A stretch of DNA of 63,993 nt, counting the filler. It is 9 parts of 9 records of this genome, joined end to end, with 100 filler letters (N's around TTAATTAATTAA, not from the genome) between each part and the next. Parts side by side here need not be neighbours in the genome. Positions count along the whole stretch, not along the records: positions 45,159 to 51,372 come from SRR31156797_19151; positions 51,473 to 58,892 come from SRR31156797_19167; positions 58,993 to 63,993 come from SRR31156797_20665; 6 more parts are not named here. The stretch is one strand, 5' to 3'. Shown one piece after another: positions 50,371-59,889 of the stretch. Below the pieces are notes generated by a model. It saw only the letters and a program-made list of their open reading frames with translations. It was not told the DNA's origin and made no database searches. Within the stretch, counting starts at the first letter, position 1; every line of letters begins with the position of its first letter. A program made the position numbers and the translations under genes.

Positions 50371-51372
50371 TTAGTGAATATCCAATCCCAGTTCCCTCAG
50401 CTCGTCCCGCACCTGGTCGTACATCTCCTGCCAGGCGGGAACGGGGCGGAGGGTTTTCAGGTCATAGGCCTTGTCTATGGGCTGTCCCTGATTGCCTCCT
50501 TCCCGGCTGAGCACGGGCTCGTATTTTTCCAGAAGGGCCAGGACGATCCTGTTGGCCTCTTCCAGGCTTATCTTCTGACGGGACGCCGCGTGCCCGACCT
50601 CCGCCATCATCCTGACCTCGAGTCCCGTTCCGTGGGGAACCGAGCCGTCAGCCGAACCGACGCCCTCCAGGTGTCCGCCGCTGACAGAGGCCGCCAGGGC
50701 GTTGGCCGCCACCTCGTAGAGGACCTCTTTGGTCATGGCGCCGCTCTTGGGGTAGATGTCGCAGACGATGACCCCGGGAGCGTTCCGGGAGATGGCCTGG
50801 CAGACCACGCTCTGAAGCCACATACAGCCTCTGGCCGAGGTGGCGACGTACTGAATATGGATGGGGTGGCAGAGATGGTAGTCCGCCAGGCAGACGATGT
50901 TGGCCGCCAGGAAGGAGGCTATCTGAAGGACCGCCGCGCCCGGGGCGTCGCCGCCCAGGCCTCCCACCATGACCGTGGCCAGCGAGGAGTTGACCATGCC
51001 GTAGAAAGAGGAGTTGGCCGCGCGGGTCATATTGCCGCCGTCGATCATAAGCTCGTTGAACATGGCCACCAGATGGGAGTCGCAGGGACGGAGCAGGTCG
51101 GGATGGGCGGCCGCCAGGTCGCCGATTTCGGTGACGCTGCTCTCGGCCGCCAGCATGCCCATGCCGGGCCGGCCGATCTCTTCGCGGACCTGTTTCAGGA
51201 TGCTCAGTTCCCGGCGGGAGGCGTAGAGCTCGCTGGCGTCGCCGGACTCCACTTCCACGCCGTCCACATCGATCAGGGAACCGCAGGTGATCATATCCAC
51301 CAGGGGCTCCTGGGCCCAGCTTTTGACCGAGGCCTTGTAGATGCGTTCGGGGGTGGGGCATCCGGGATTTCC
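50371..51372 (-). CDS. mtmB: Monomethylamine:corrinoid methyltransferase MtmB homologue lacking pyrrolysine (5' truncated)
   Basis: GRPGMGMLAAESS aligns with Methanosarcina GRPGMGV(O)GPETS; also NELMID, GGLGG, HPIH, LYEVAA, TGLEVRMMAEV, YDLKTLRP. Confidence 0.85.
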   Translation of the reverse strand, partial: GNPGCPTPERIYKASVKSWAQEPLVDMITCGSLIDVDGVEVESGDASELYASRRELSILKQVREEIGRPGMGMLAAESSVTEIGDLAAAHPDLLRPCDSHLVAMFNELMIDGGNMTRAANSSFYGMVNSSLATVMVGGLGGDAPGAAVLQIASFLAANIVCLADYHLCHPIHIQYVATSARGCMWLQSVVCQAISRNAPGVIVCDIYPKSGAMTKEVLYEVAANALAASVSGGHLEGVGSADGSVPHGTGLEVRMMAEVGHAASRQKISLEEANRIVLALLEKYEPVLSREGGNQGQPIDKAYDLKTLRPVPAWQEMYDQVRDELRELGLDIH

Positions 51373-51472
51373 NNNNNNNNNNNNNNNNNNNNNNNNNNNN
51401 NNNNNNNNNNNNNNNNTTAATTAATTAANNNNNNNNNNNNNNNNNNNNNNNNNNNNNNNNNNNNNNNNNNNN
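51373..51472. other. Artificial contig spacer
   Basis: N-run with TTAATTAATTAA. Confidence 0.99.
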
Positions 51473-51473
51473 G

Positions 51474-51545
51474 TACGGATTACAAATCCGCACCAGCTTG
51501 GGCTTTTTATTCAAAAGAGGCACGAGATGTAATCTCGCGTAAGCG
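51474..51545 (+). repeat. Two REP-like hairpin repeats
   Basis: TACGGATTACAAATCCGCACCAGC (51474-51497) and variant GGCACGAGATGTAATCTCGCGTAAGCG (51519-51545). Confidence 0.75.
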
Positions 51546-51623
51546 AGGTGTATACTTAATTGAATTAGGGAAAGTGTACATGCAACTGGCAATGGTTATA
51601 CCAAGCTATCATTGCAAATACTA

Positions 51624-52373
51624 CTATTTTACATATTTAATAATACCATTAAAAGCATAATGTAAAAAGAAATAAAAAGCTTTAAAAAAAGACAAATGTT
51701 CCTCCCTTCGCAAAACTTTAAAATGGTACTTTGCCGCCTTAAACTTATTACTGGACACTGAATCTGAACGAACTCTGTAATACGCTAATTCTTCGGTCAT
51801 TCCTTGACTTGAACCTATCTTTTTAAAAATTTTTAACCACAATCCGTAATCTTGCCTTTTCCTTATCTCTGGCATATAAATCTTACCTATCTTTTCTGTA
51901 TCGTAAATGGCAGTTAAGCACCCAATATTACAAGATTTTAAAAGGTCGGTATACGAAACAGATTCTGGGGCTTTTATAATTCCACCTGCCACTCCATTTT
52001 CATTAATTTTTTGATACGATGAATATGTAAAAGCTAATTCATTTTCGGATAAGAAACTTATTTGCTTTTCAAGCTTTTCAGGTAACCAAATATCATCACT
52101 ATCGCAAAAAGCAATGTATCTTCCCTTGGCATGTTTTATAGAATTATTCCGAGCTACACCACCACCTGAGTTTTTTTCTAACTTAAATACTTTTATTCTT
52201 GCATCTTCCTTTGCATAATTTTGAATTATCTCCAAGGTATTATCCGTTGAACAATCGTCGGTAATTAATAATTCCCAATTCTGATAAGTTTGGTTGAGTA
52301 TTGACTGGATGGTTTCATCTATAAATTGAAGAGAATTGTATGTTGGAGTTATTACTGAAATTGAGGGAGACAT
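51624..52373 (-). CDS. GT2 glycosyltransferase (TuaG-like)
   Basis: SVITPTYN, DDCSTD, ARN, FCDSDD, QDYGLW. Confidence 0.92.
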   Translation of the reverse strand: MSPSISVITPTYNSLQFIDETIQSILNQTYQNWELLITDDCSTDNTLEIIQNYAKEDARIKVFKLEKNSGGGVARNNSIKHAKGRYIAFCDSDDIWLPEKLEKQISFLSENELAFTYSSYQKINENGVAGGIIKAPESVSYTDLLKSCNIGCLTAIYDTEKIGKIYMPEIRKRQDYGLWLKIFKKIGSSQGMTEELAYYRVRSDSVSSNKFKAAKYHFKVLRREEHLSFFKAFYFFLHYAFNGIIKYVK

Positions 52374-52389
52374 ATATTTATAAATATTT

Positions 52390-53559
52390 TTAATAAAAGC
52401 TTATTATTTTTTCTGAAATATTGGGCCATGAATTCTTATTTGCCAATTCTTTAATATTTGAATCCATTAAACCTCTCTCTTCTTTTGTGAGATTGTCATA
52501 TTTCTTCAAAATTTTCTCTACTGTTATATCACCTTTGACAATCCAACCTATATTATCCTTTTCAACATATTCTAGCAAATCTGGTGGACCTGAAACAATG
52601 ACAGGTTTATTATATGTTCTGGCCAATTGAGCAGTTCCACTTTCATGTCTAATAAATGGCTTATATAAATTTATTATTATATCAGATGCCATAAAAAATA
52701 CTTCCTGATCTTTACTTTCTATAAATCCTTTAAAAAAATGAACCTGGGAATTCAACTTTAAACGGGTTAACATTTTTTGAATTTCATCATAAGAATAATC
52801 ACTCTCTGGTCCGGCTAAAATCCATTCCCAACTTTTTGTTTTTTGCAGAGCCTCTAAAATCGGCAAATATTCTTTATCTGCGCGTAAAGTGCCAAATGAT
52901 AATATATAATTTTTAGTTTTATTTAGAGATAGTTTATCTCGAGCACTATATTTTGTATAATTATATTTACTAATTGGATTTGGAGCTCCATATGGTATAT
53001 CAACGATTTTATTTTCAAATCTGACTCCCATTTGTTTAATGAGATTTTTCTTCATTTCTAAACCATGAACAAATACTTTTTGTGAATTCCTAATTATAAT
53101 GCGCGAAGGAATACGACTTGAAAACTTATAAACTCCTGCAATTAATGATGTTTGCTTAAAATCAAAATTTGTATCATGAAAGACACAGGTATATTTCCCT
53201 GATAATTTCTTTATTATTATTGATAAACTAAAATACTCAAACGTTTCAAATATCACGTATGGTTTTTCTTCAAATGAATTATAATATCGTAAGAATTCTT
53301 TTGAAATTTTCCCAAACTTTCTGATTCTGTAAAAACCCCATTTAATTTTTTGAAAAATTGATTTCTTAGTACCTAGAAACATAGAAGTTTTAATTCGAAC
53401 CTCATGCACAAATTCAGGAAAAATTAATGGCCCATCTTCACCAAATATATAAATAGTATAACCTAAATTATGCAGAGCTCCAGATAAACCTTTTGTATAA
53501 TCATAAGAATGACCAAATCTTTCAAATGCTCCTGGGCTAAATATTAGTATCTTTTTCAT
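52390..53559 (-). CDS. GT-B (GT4-like) glycosyltransferase
   Basis: FGTLRADK, ASD...HESG...PVIVS, NSW. Confidence 0.75.
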   Translation of the reverse strand: MKKILIFSPGAFERFGHSYDYTKGLSGALHNLGYTIYIFGEDGPLIFPEFVHEVRIKTSMFLGTKKSIFQKIKWGFYRIRKFGKISKEFLRYYNSFEEKPYVIFETFEYFSLSIIIKKLSGKYTCVFHDTNFDFKQTSLIAGVYKFSSRIPSRIIIRNSQKVFVHGLEMKKNLIKQMGVRFENKIVDIPYGAPNPISKYNYTKYSARDKLSLNKTKNYILSFGTLRADKEYLPILEALQKTKSWEWILAGPESDYSYDEIQKMLTRLKLNSQVHFFKGFIESKDQEVFFMASDIIINLYKPFIRHESGTAQLARTYNKPVIVSGPPDLLEYVEKDNIGWIVKGDITVEKILKKYDNLTKEERGLMDSNIKELANKNSWPNISEKIISFY

Positions 53560-53684
53560 AAGAAATTGAAAAGTATTTTGTTGCGATTTATAGAAATGTT
53601 CAACATTTTTTTAAAGACAATAAGTGTTCATATATTATATTCAATGATTTACGCATATATAAAATTGCACGTAGCTATAAATAA

Positions 53685-54806
53685 TTAATCTGATTTTTGA
53701 CTTGAAATAGATTGATTATATATATTTATAATTTCGGTTGAAGAAAAAGTCCAATTAAACTTTTGTGATTCAGAAATGCAATTTTTCGATATTTCAATAT
53801 AGTTATTTATTATTTTTTCAATATTTTCTGACCATTCACTAAAACTATTTGGATTTACAGAATAGCCGACTTTACCTTCCTCAAAAAAATTATCAATACC
53901 GGTATTTCTAGCATAGAGAATAGGTAATCCTTGACTCATAGCTTCAATGTATACTAATCCAAATGTCTCTGGATAACTAGGCATTATGAAAATATCGTTT
54001 TGCCTGTAAATAAATTTCAATTTTTCAATTTCATTAATTCTTCCAATATAATTTATACCCTCTCCTGAATTTCTTATTAAAAAATTAATTCTATTTTCAT
54101 AAGTTCCACCTCCACCGACAATTGTTAGATTATAGTTTTGCGAATTTCTATTTACAAATTCAATAAGTTTATGAATATTTTTAAGTTTATAAAATGCCCC
54201 AACATATATTAAATTAATTTTCCTTGAATTATTAATTTGTTTAAATCCTTTTATTGAGTCTGCAAAAAATTCATTTCTTATACCATTGGGAACTATTTGA
54301 ATTTTTGATTTTAACATATCAGAACTCCCTTGAAAAGCTTTTTCAATTTTGGTTTTTAATACTGGGGTTATACAAATAACTTTTGAAGCATTTTTTAAAA
54401 TTCTTAGTCCGTAAGGTTTTAACCAAGGTTTAAATTTTAAGAATTTAAGATCAGTTTGCCGAATACTTATAACATAAGGTATACCCTTTAATACATTAAT
54501 TTTATACGCTAACCCACCATCGCTAAAAAGGGTATGCGCATGAATTATATTTATTTTCGCCAGTTCAATATTCCTTCCAATCTCGAAATAACATTTTCGT
54601 ATTTTATAAAAATAAAAAATACGAGTAATGCTGTTTAAAATTTTTGGAGAATGTAAAATGATATTTTCAAAATTATCAGATTGTTTATTGTGAATATTAC
54701 GACGGGGATAAAAAACAGTCTGAATTATCGATTTTTCTCTGATATATTTAAATAAAACACTAAATAAAGGAGTACCATAATTCACACATAATTGTAATAC
54801 TTTCAT
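53685..54806 (-). CDS. GT4 glycosyltransferase
   Basis: IHAHTLFSDG, PNGI, ETFGLVYIEAMSQGLP. Confidence 0.92.
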   Translation of the reverse strand: MKVLQLCVNYGTPLFSVLFKYIREKSIIQTVFYPRRNIHNKQSDNFENIILHSPKILNSITRIFYFYKIRKCYFEIGRNIELAKINIIHAHTLFSDGGLAYKINVLKGIPYVISIRQTDLKFLKFKPWLKPYGLRILKNASKVICITPVLKTKIEKAFQGSSDMLKSKIQIVPNGIRNEFFADSIKGFKQINNSRKINLIYVGAFYKLKNIHKLIEFVNRNSQNYNLTIVGGGGTYENRINFLIRNSGEGINYIGRINEIEKLKFIYRQNDIFIMPSYPETFGLVYIEAMSQGLPILYARNTGIDNFFEEGKVGYSVNPNSFSEWSENIEKIINNYIEISKNCISESQKFNWTFSSTEIINIYNQSISSQKSD

Positions 54807-54847
54807 TTATAATAATATTATGTTTTGTATTTATATTAATAATTTAG

Positions 54848-56110
54848 TTAAGTGGTGGAAACTTTTTTCCTGAGAGTAAAATATGTAAAAACAACTAGAA
54901 ACAAAAATCCATGTGTAATAAAAAAAGTTCCTATAAAAGCAGTATTCGCATAATAAATAAAAACTACAAAAACGCCGTAAATTCTAATCGAAATATTCAT
55001 TAATTCTATGCTTTTAATAAAAAACCCAAAAATTAAGGAATGAATAATTACACCTAACCAGCCCAAGCTTATAAATCCATCAACGATTAAACCAACGTTA
55101 GCACTTAAATTTAAATCACCAGTAAATATATATCCCATTTCCCTCGAGATAGATAAATCTGATTCATTTCCTAATAAACTTTTTAAAAAAGAATGACTAT
55201 AAAAAGTTTTGTCATGTATAGTAAAATAATCATAATACAGATCTTCAAAATAAGGAGGCACAAAAAATATTCTTCTAATTGTAAGGTCGGTTAAAAAAGA
55301 GGTATTTAATAATTGGTATTCAACCAGTGCAACAATACAAATAATAACAAACGACCAAATAAAAATTTTGACTTTATCTATAAATTGCTTTCCTGCATAA
55401 AAAAATAATGCCACAAACATGCCAAAGAAAATGCTTTTCACAGCTCCACTTGCCAAAAAAAGATATCCTATTAAAACAACAATTAAAATACATATTCCCC
55501 ATCTTTTTTGTTCATATGCAATTATCAAAAGAATTGGATATATAACTCTTGCCAGAATTGAAATTAAATAAACCAACGCACTATTTCTTTCGATATCTCG
55601 AAATGCAGAACGCGTTTCATATATATTTAGTAATAATAAGTTTGAAAAATTAATTTGCGGTAAAAATGTAAAAAAAGGTATGGTTAAAAGAAGCGACAGA
55701 ATTAGAATAATATTAAAATTAGATTTTGAATTATCAATATTGAATTGAAATCCTTTGACTTTAAATAAATTAAATTTACTAAATATGAAAAGAATTATTA
55801 AAAGAATTAAATACGAAAGAACAGGTTTAAAATTTCCGGATGAAACAAAAAAATAAATTATTTGTGGGAAAAGTAGATAGTTAAAAATAATGTGCCAAAT
55901 ACTGGCAGTAAAATTATTTTTTAATCCCAAACCTAAAACTAATAATGTAAATAGTAAAAGTAAACTAAAACCAAAATTAACAATTGAAAAATTATTCTCA
56001 AATCCTTTATACCCCCAAAATGGTATAATTGCATATATATAACAAATTGTCAATATACTAAAAAACAATAATTCTAAAATTGCAAGTTTAACTGCACCAA
56101 TTTTAATCAT
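54848..56110 (-). CDS. Putative O-antigen polymerase Wzy
   Basis: Highly hydrophobic polytopic AT-rich protein between the flippase and the GTs. Confidence 0.65.
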   Translation of the reverse strand: MIKIGAVKLAILELLFFSILTICYIYAIIPFWGYKGFENNFSIVNFGFSLLLLFTLLVLGLGLKNNFTASIWHIIFNYLLFPQIIYFFVSSGNFKPVLSYLILLIILFIFSKFNLFKVKGFQFNIDNSKSNFNIILILSLLLTIPFFTFLPQINFSNLLLLNIYETRSAFRDIERNSALVYLISILARVIYPILLIIAYEQKRWGICILIVVLIGYLFLASGAVKSIFFGMFVALFFYAGKQFIDKVKIFIWSFVIICIVALVEYQLLNTSFLTDLTIRRIFFVPPYFEDLYYDYFTIHDKTFYSHSFLKSLLGNESDLSISREMGYIFTGDLNLSANVGLIVDGFISLGWLGVIIHSLIFGFFIKSIELMNISIRIYGVFVVFIYYANTAFIGTFFITHGFLFLVVFTYFTLRKKVSTT

Positions 56111-57459
56111 TTCCTAATTGATTTCGGTTTAATTCTCATATAATAAATGAAGAATATGTATAAAAAGATTATCGGTACTATCAAGAAATATGGCAACTTA
56201 AAGAATATTCCAAAAGTCAAAATTATACTTAAAATTAACACATCAATTAAGTCATTACTTATATTAAACTTATTTGATAACAGGACAAATAAAACTGCCT
56301 GGAATATATATGAAATGAGTGTTATAAAAACAGCTGCAAATATACCATATACAGGTATAAAAATAAAATTCAAGCCGATGTTTACAAAAGCACTTAATAT
56401 AGATACCAAAGCAATATTTAGTGATTTTTTCTCATATATCATTTTATAATTAGATTTAAGGTAGAAAGGAAGAATTAGTAGCGCCAATGAAATATACGGA
56501 ACATAATAAAATGCTGATTCATATTTGATACTATAAATTTGGGGTAAGACATAGATTGAAGCCAATGTGATAATTATATATGAAACAACCCCAAAGCAAA
56601 AAGTTAGAAATAAAAATTTATTTAATAAAATTTCTCTTTTTTTATCATCCTCTTCTTTATAAATTAATGGTTCCAAAAAAACCGAAATACCTATGTATGC
56701 AAAACTAATAGATGATCCAATTGAGTATGCCAATGTATATAAACCAACTTCGTTTAAAGACAAATACTTTTCCAAAATAAATTTATCTGCATTACCCAGT
56801 AAATTTATTGCGAGACCATGAAACATAAAAGGCCACGAAAATGAAAATAATGTAATAAAAGTTTTTTTATGAAAATATTTTTTAGCGCCATTCCCTTTTT
56901 TTATTCTAAAAAGAATATTTGCAGTAAAAGATGCAATTATAGCACCTACAATATATCCTAAATAATTTTTTGACAGATAAATACATGTGATGACAAATAT
57001 AAATTTACTAACTTGAATAAATAATCGCCCCTGAAAATATTTTTTATGATTTTCATTTACACGCATCATATTTAGCGAGATCAAGTTGGTACCCTGAAAA
57101 TATATGAGTAGTAGAATTAAGATAAGATCTGGAAAAACATTTAAACCAAAAAAGGTTTTAAATCCCAAAAAATAGAAAAGTGCTAATATTGAAATAATAA
57201 AAATATGTACCCATAAAACAGAAGAAAATACTGTTTTACTGAAACCCAAAAACTCCTTTTCCTGAGAATAAAACCGCAATACTGCACGCTCTAAACCTAA
57301 TAAAGTAACAACTGGTATTATTAACTCAATGGAAACCAATAAGCCTATTTTCCCATAGCTAATTGTATCAATGAATAAAGGAAGTGCTAAAATGGTTAAT
57401 TTATTCAGTCCTTTTGAAACTCCTTCTACAAATCCATATGAAAATATTTTTTTTAACAT
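56107..57459 (-). CDS. Polysaccharide flippase Wzx
   Basis: Polytopic; YG...LGL, FSWP, DKFIL...EVGLYTLA, LNFIFIPVYGIFAA. Confidence 0.88.
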   Translation of the reverse strand: MLKKIFSYGFVEGVSKGLNKLTILALPLFIDTISYGKIGLLVSIELIIPVVTLLGLERAVLRFYSQEKEFLGFSKTVFSSVLWVHIFIISILALFYFLGFKTFFGLNVFPDLILILLLIYFQGTNLISLNMMRVNENHKKYFQGRLFIQVSKFIFVITCIYLSKNYLGYIVGAIIASFTANILFRIKKGNGAKKYFHKKTFITLFSFSWPFMFHGLAINLLGNADKFILEKYLSLNEVGLYTLAYSIGSSISFAYIGISVFLEPLIYKEEDDKKREILLNKFLFLTFCFGVVSYIIITLASIYVLPQIYSIKYESAFYYVPYISLALLILPFYLKSNYKMIYEKKSLNIALVSILSAFVNIGLNFIFIPVYGIFAAVFITLISYIFQAVLFVLLSNKFNISNDLIDVLILSIILTFGIFFKLPYFLIVPIIFLYIFFIYYMRIKPKSIRK

Positions 57460-57722
57460 AAAAACACTTTCATTAAAAATTATAATTCAAATTCATATTT
57501 ATGAGAATTTTTAAAACTTGCTATGCTGAAAAATAAGAAAAGTTCGGAGTCAACATTTTATATAGCTCAGTTTTGTCTTGAAAATCTTTTATATATTTAT
57601 TTAAAATATCTAATCAATTTATTTAGTGCGACTGGTGCGGGGTTGCTTCGTTCGTTTTTTTTCTCTTAGAGCTTATCTACTAAAAATGATGGGGCAATCG
57701 CGGTCACTAAACTCCCTCCATC

Positions 57723-57853
57723 GCTGGCGCAGATTTACAATCTGTGCCTGGTTCTGAAGAAACAAACTAATATAATAGTGTAGTCTATTAATGTTTATAC
57801 TATTAAATTATCAGCCTAAGCGGCTGAGATACGGATTACAAATCCGCACCAGC
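57723..57853. repeat. REPIN-like inverted REP doublet
   Basis: GCTGGCGCAGATTTACAATCTGTGCC (57723-57748) inverted to TACGGATTACAAATCCGCACCAGC (57830-57853). Confidence 0.75.
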
Positions 57854-57877
57854 AGGGGAAATTTCAGGCATTCTTTA

Positions 57878-58840
57878 TTATTTAAACGGATGTTTCGCAA
57901 GTGCCAGTTTTGCCAGCGGGTGATAGTCTCCTTTTAATCCTACCGGTTTTATTTGCCGGATGTTGTGAACGGTTTGAATTGCTTTTTCGGCTTCGGAAAT
58001 CCGAAAACCTTCCCCCTTTAAAATATGCTCGTAACTTATGGTATGTAATTCGGTAAACCCACCGCTAAATTCAAAATCCTCGCCTTCGATGTTTAATGAG
58101 CGGAAAGTGCGCAAGTTTTTCTTTTTAATCTCTTCGGGAATGGTGTCGTAATTTATACTTAAAAACCACCGCACCCTTGCTTTTTCGAGTTGAAGAAAAC
58201 CTGCTGCGCGGTCGTGTTCGTGCAGATGCACAATGTTTTCTTTTATATCGCCAAAAATCCAGGATAACATATCGAAAAAATGGACTCCAATATTTGTTGC
58301 CACCCCACCCGATTTTGAGTTATCGCCTTTCCAACTGGTATAATACCAGTGTCCGCGTGATGTAATGTACGATAAATCGACGTCGTATATTTTACCGGGA
58401 TCGCCGTTATCAATTTTCTTTTTCAGCTCTATTACACTGGGATGTAAACGCAATTGTAAAATGTTATATATATTTTTTCCGGTCTCTTTTTCGATTTCTT
58501 TTAACGCCTCCACATTCCAGGGATTCAACACAATGGGTTTTTCACAAATTACATCGGCACCATTTCGTAATCCGAACCGAATGTGTGCATCGTGCAAAAA
58601 GTTGGGCGAACAAATGCTAACGTAATCGATATTTGTACCTTTTCTTTTGAGTCTATCCACATGCCTGTCGAACCGTTCGAATTCGGTAAAAAAATCGGTA
58701 TCAGGAAAATAGCTGTCCATTACCCCCACTCCATCGTAAGGATCGAGCGCTGCAATTAAGTTATTGTTTGTGTCTTTAATTGCTTTCATATGTCGTGGAG
58801 CAATGTAGCCTGCAGCTCCTATGAGGATGAAGTTTTTCAT
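57878..58840 (-). CDS. wbpB: Gfo/Idh/MocA oxidoreductase, UDP-GlcNAcA 3-dehydrogenase WbpB/WlbA-like
   Basis: MKNFILIGAAGYIAPRHMKAIKDT, FFTEFERFDRH, CEKP, SGGVATNIGVHFFDML. Confidence 0.88.
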   Translation of the reverse strand: MKNFILIGAAGYIAPRHMKAIKDTNNNLIAALDPYDGVGVMDSYFPDTDFFTEFERFDRHVDRLKRKGTNIDYVSICSPNFLHDAHIRFGLRNGADVICEKPIVLNPWNVEALKEIEKETGKNIYNILQLRLHPSVIELKKKIDNGDPGKIYDVDLSYITSRGHWYYTSWKGDNSKSGGVATNIGVHFFDMLSWIFGDIKENIVHLHEHDRAAGFLQLEKARVRWFLSINYDTIPEEIKKKNLRTFRSLNIEGEDFEFSGGFTELHTISYEHILKGEGFRISEAEKAIQTVHNIRQIKPVGLKGDYHPLAKLALAKHPFK

Positions 58841-58892
58841 TTTTGTTGTTTGTTTGTTAGGATTGTTAGCTTGTTATTGTTGTTAGCATGTT

Positions 58893-58992
58893 NNNNNNNN
58901 NNNNNNNNNNNNNNNNNNNNNNNNNNNNNNNNNNNNTTAATTAATTAANNNNNNNNNNNNNNNNNNNNNNNNNNNNNNNNNNNNNNNNNNNN
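58893..58992. other. Artificial contig spacer
   Basis: N-run with TTAATTAATTAA. Confidence 0.99.
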
Positions 58993-59204
58993 ATCCATTC
59001 CATTTTAGGTGACATTGATGAAAGCTCAACATTTGGATTTGCTAGTAATTGCTTGTAAACAGGTTTTTCACTACTTGTAGCGAAAAATAGTTTCTCACCA
59101 TCTGCATATATGAATTGAAATGGTCTTACTTTTGGTAAATCTCCCTCTACTGTTCCAAAAAATACAGTTGGATTACTTGTTAAAAAACTTAATACTTCTT
59201 TCAT
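58993..59204 (-). CDS. Pyridoxamine 5'-phosphate oxidase-family protein (truncated)
   Basis: FGTVEGDLPKVRPF...FATSSEKPVYKQLLANPNVE; RBS GGAGGT. Confidence 0.85.
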
Positions 59205-59267
59205 TTTCTTACCTCCGATTTTAGTTTAATTTTTCTTAATATTAGTTTTACACTTATAAACCTAAAT

Positions 59268-59404
59268 ATAATTGGATGTCCAACTATATTGTTAAAAAAA
59301 TTGTTTCGCTTATATTTAACGAAAGCTCAGTAGTACCTTAACTATTAAAATACATATAATTATTCAAAAATTGTAAATCCTAACATAGTTGGATGTCCAA
59401 CTAT
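59268..59404. promoter_or_regulatory. Two candidate MarR operators upstream of the PNPOx-like gene
   Basis: ATAATTGGATGTCCAACTAT 59268-59287 and ATAGTTGGATGTCCAACTAT 59385-59404. Confidence 0.8.
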
Positions 59405-59454
59405 ATTATCGAAAAAATTGCTCCGTTTAAAACGAACGAAGCATATTAAATACT

Positions 59455-59883
59455 TTAATGATTTAAATTTTGAAGTAATTTTTGAAGTACACATCTAAAT
59501 GCGTCCCATTCTTTCTCACTTATATCTTTTTTTGATATCTCAAAAAGTTCTCTTAAGACAATTTCAAAATCAGGATTTATACTTTTCCCCTTTTCTGAAA
59601 GAAAAACAAGTGTTGACCTACTATCAGCTTCATTCTTTCGAAGCTCTACATAACCATTTTTTTCTAATTTTGATATTAATGTTGTAATAGTAGACTTATC
59701 TTTTTTTATAGCTTCAGCAATTTTTGACATAGCTATACCGTCTCTTTGATTCAAAAAACATAGAACATCACCGTGAGACGATGAAATTCCTTTAATGTTT
59801 TTACTTTTCAAGCCTCTTTCGATATAAGAAGCTGATAGTTGTTTTATTTGGCTTATTAAATAAAAAGTATTATCAGTTTTCAT
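59455..59883 (-). CDS. MarR-family regulator
   Basis: SHGDVL, KDKSTITTLISKLEKNGYV, DSRS...LSEKG; start at ATG 59883. Confidence 0.92.
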   Translation of the reverse strand: MKTDNTFYLISQIKQLSASYIERGLKSKNIKGISSSHGDVLCFLNQRDGIAMSKIAEAIKKDKSTITTLISKLEKNGYVELRKNEADSRSTLVFLSEKGKSINPDFEIVLRELFEISKKDISEKEWDAFRCVLQKLLQNLNH

Positions 59884-59889
59884 GCTTAG

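Noticed and set aside
50371-51372. Pyrrolysine recoding in mtmB
   Set aside because: The Pyl-equivalent codon is CTG, there is no in-frame TAG, and no pyl genes are on the contig.
48830-51420. Long plus-strand ORFs (514 and 348 aa), and similar antisense ORFs at 31078-34963 and 6954-7949
   Set aside because: Antisense shadows of GC-rich genes with no recognisable motifs.
5057-58992. Recurring TTAATTAATTAA within N-runs as a biological repeat, and gene linkage across them
   Set aside because: These are identical 100-nt artificial spacers. Composition and gene content change across them, so no cross-contig operons were inferred and ORFs containing X-runs were trimmed.
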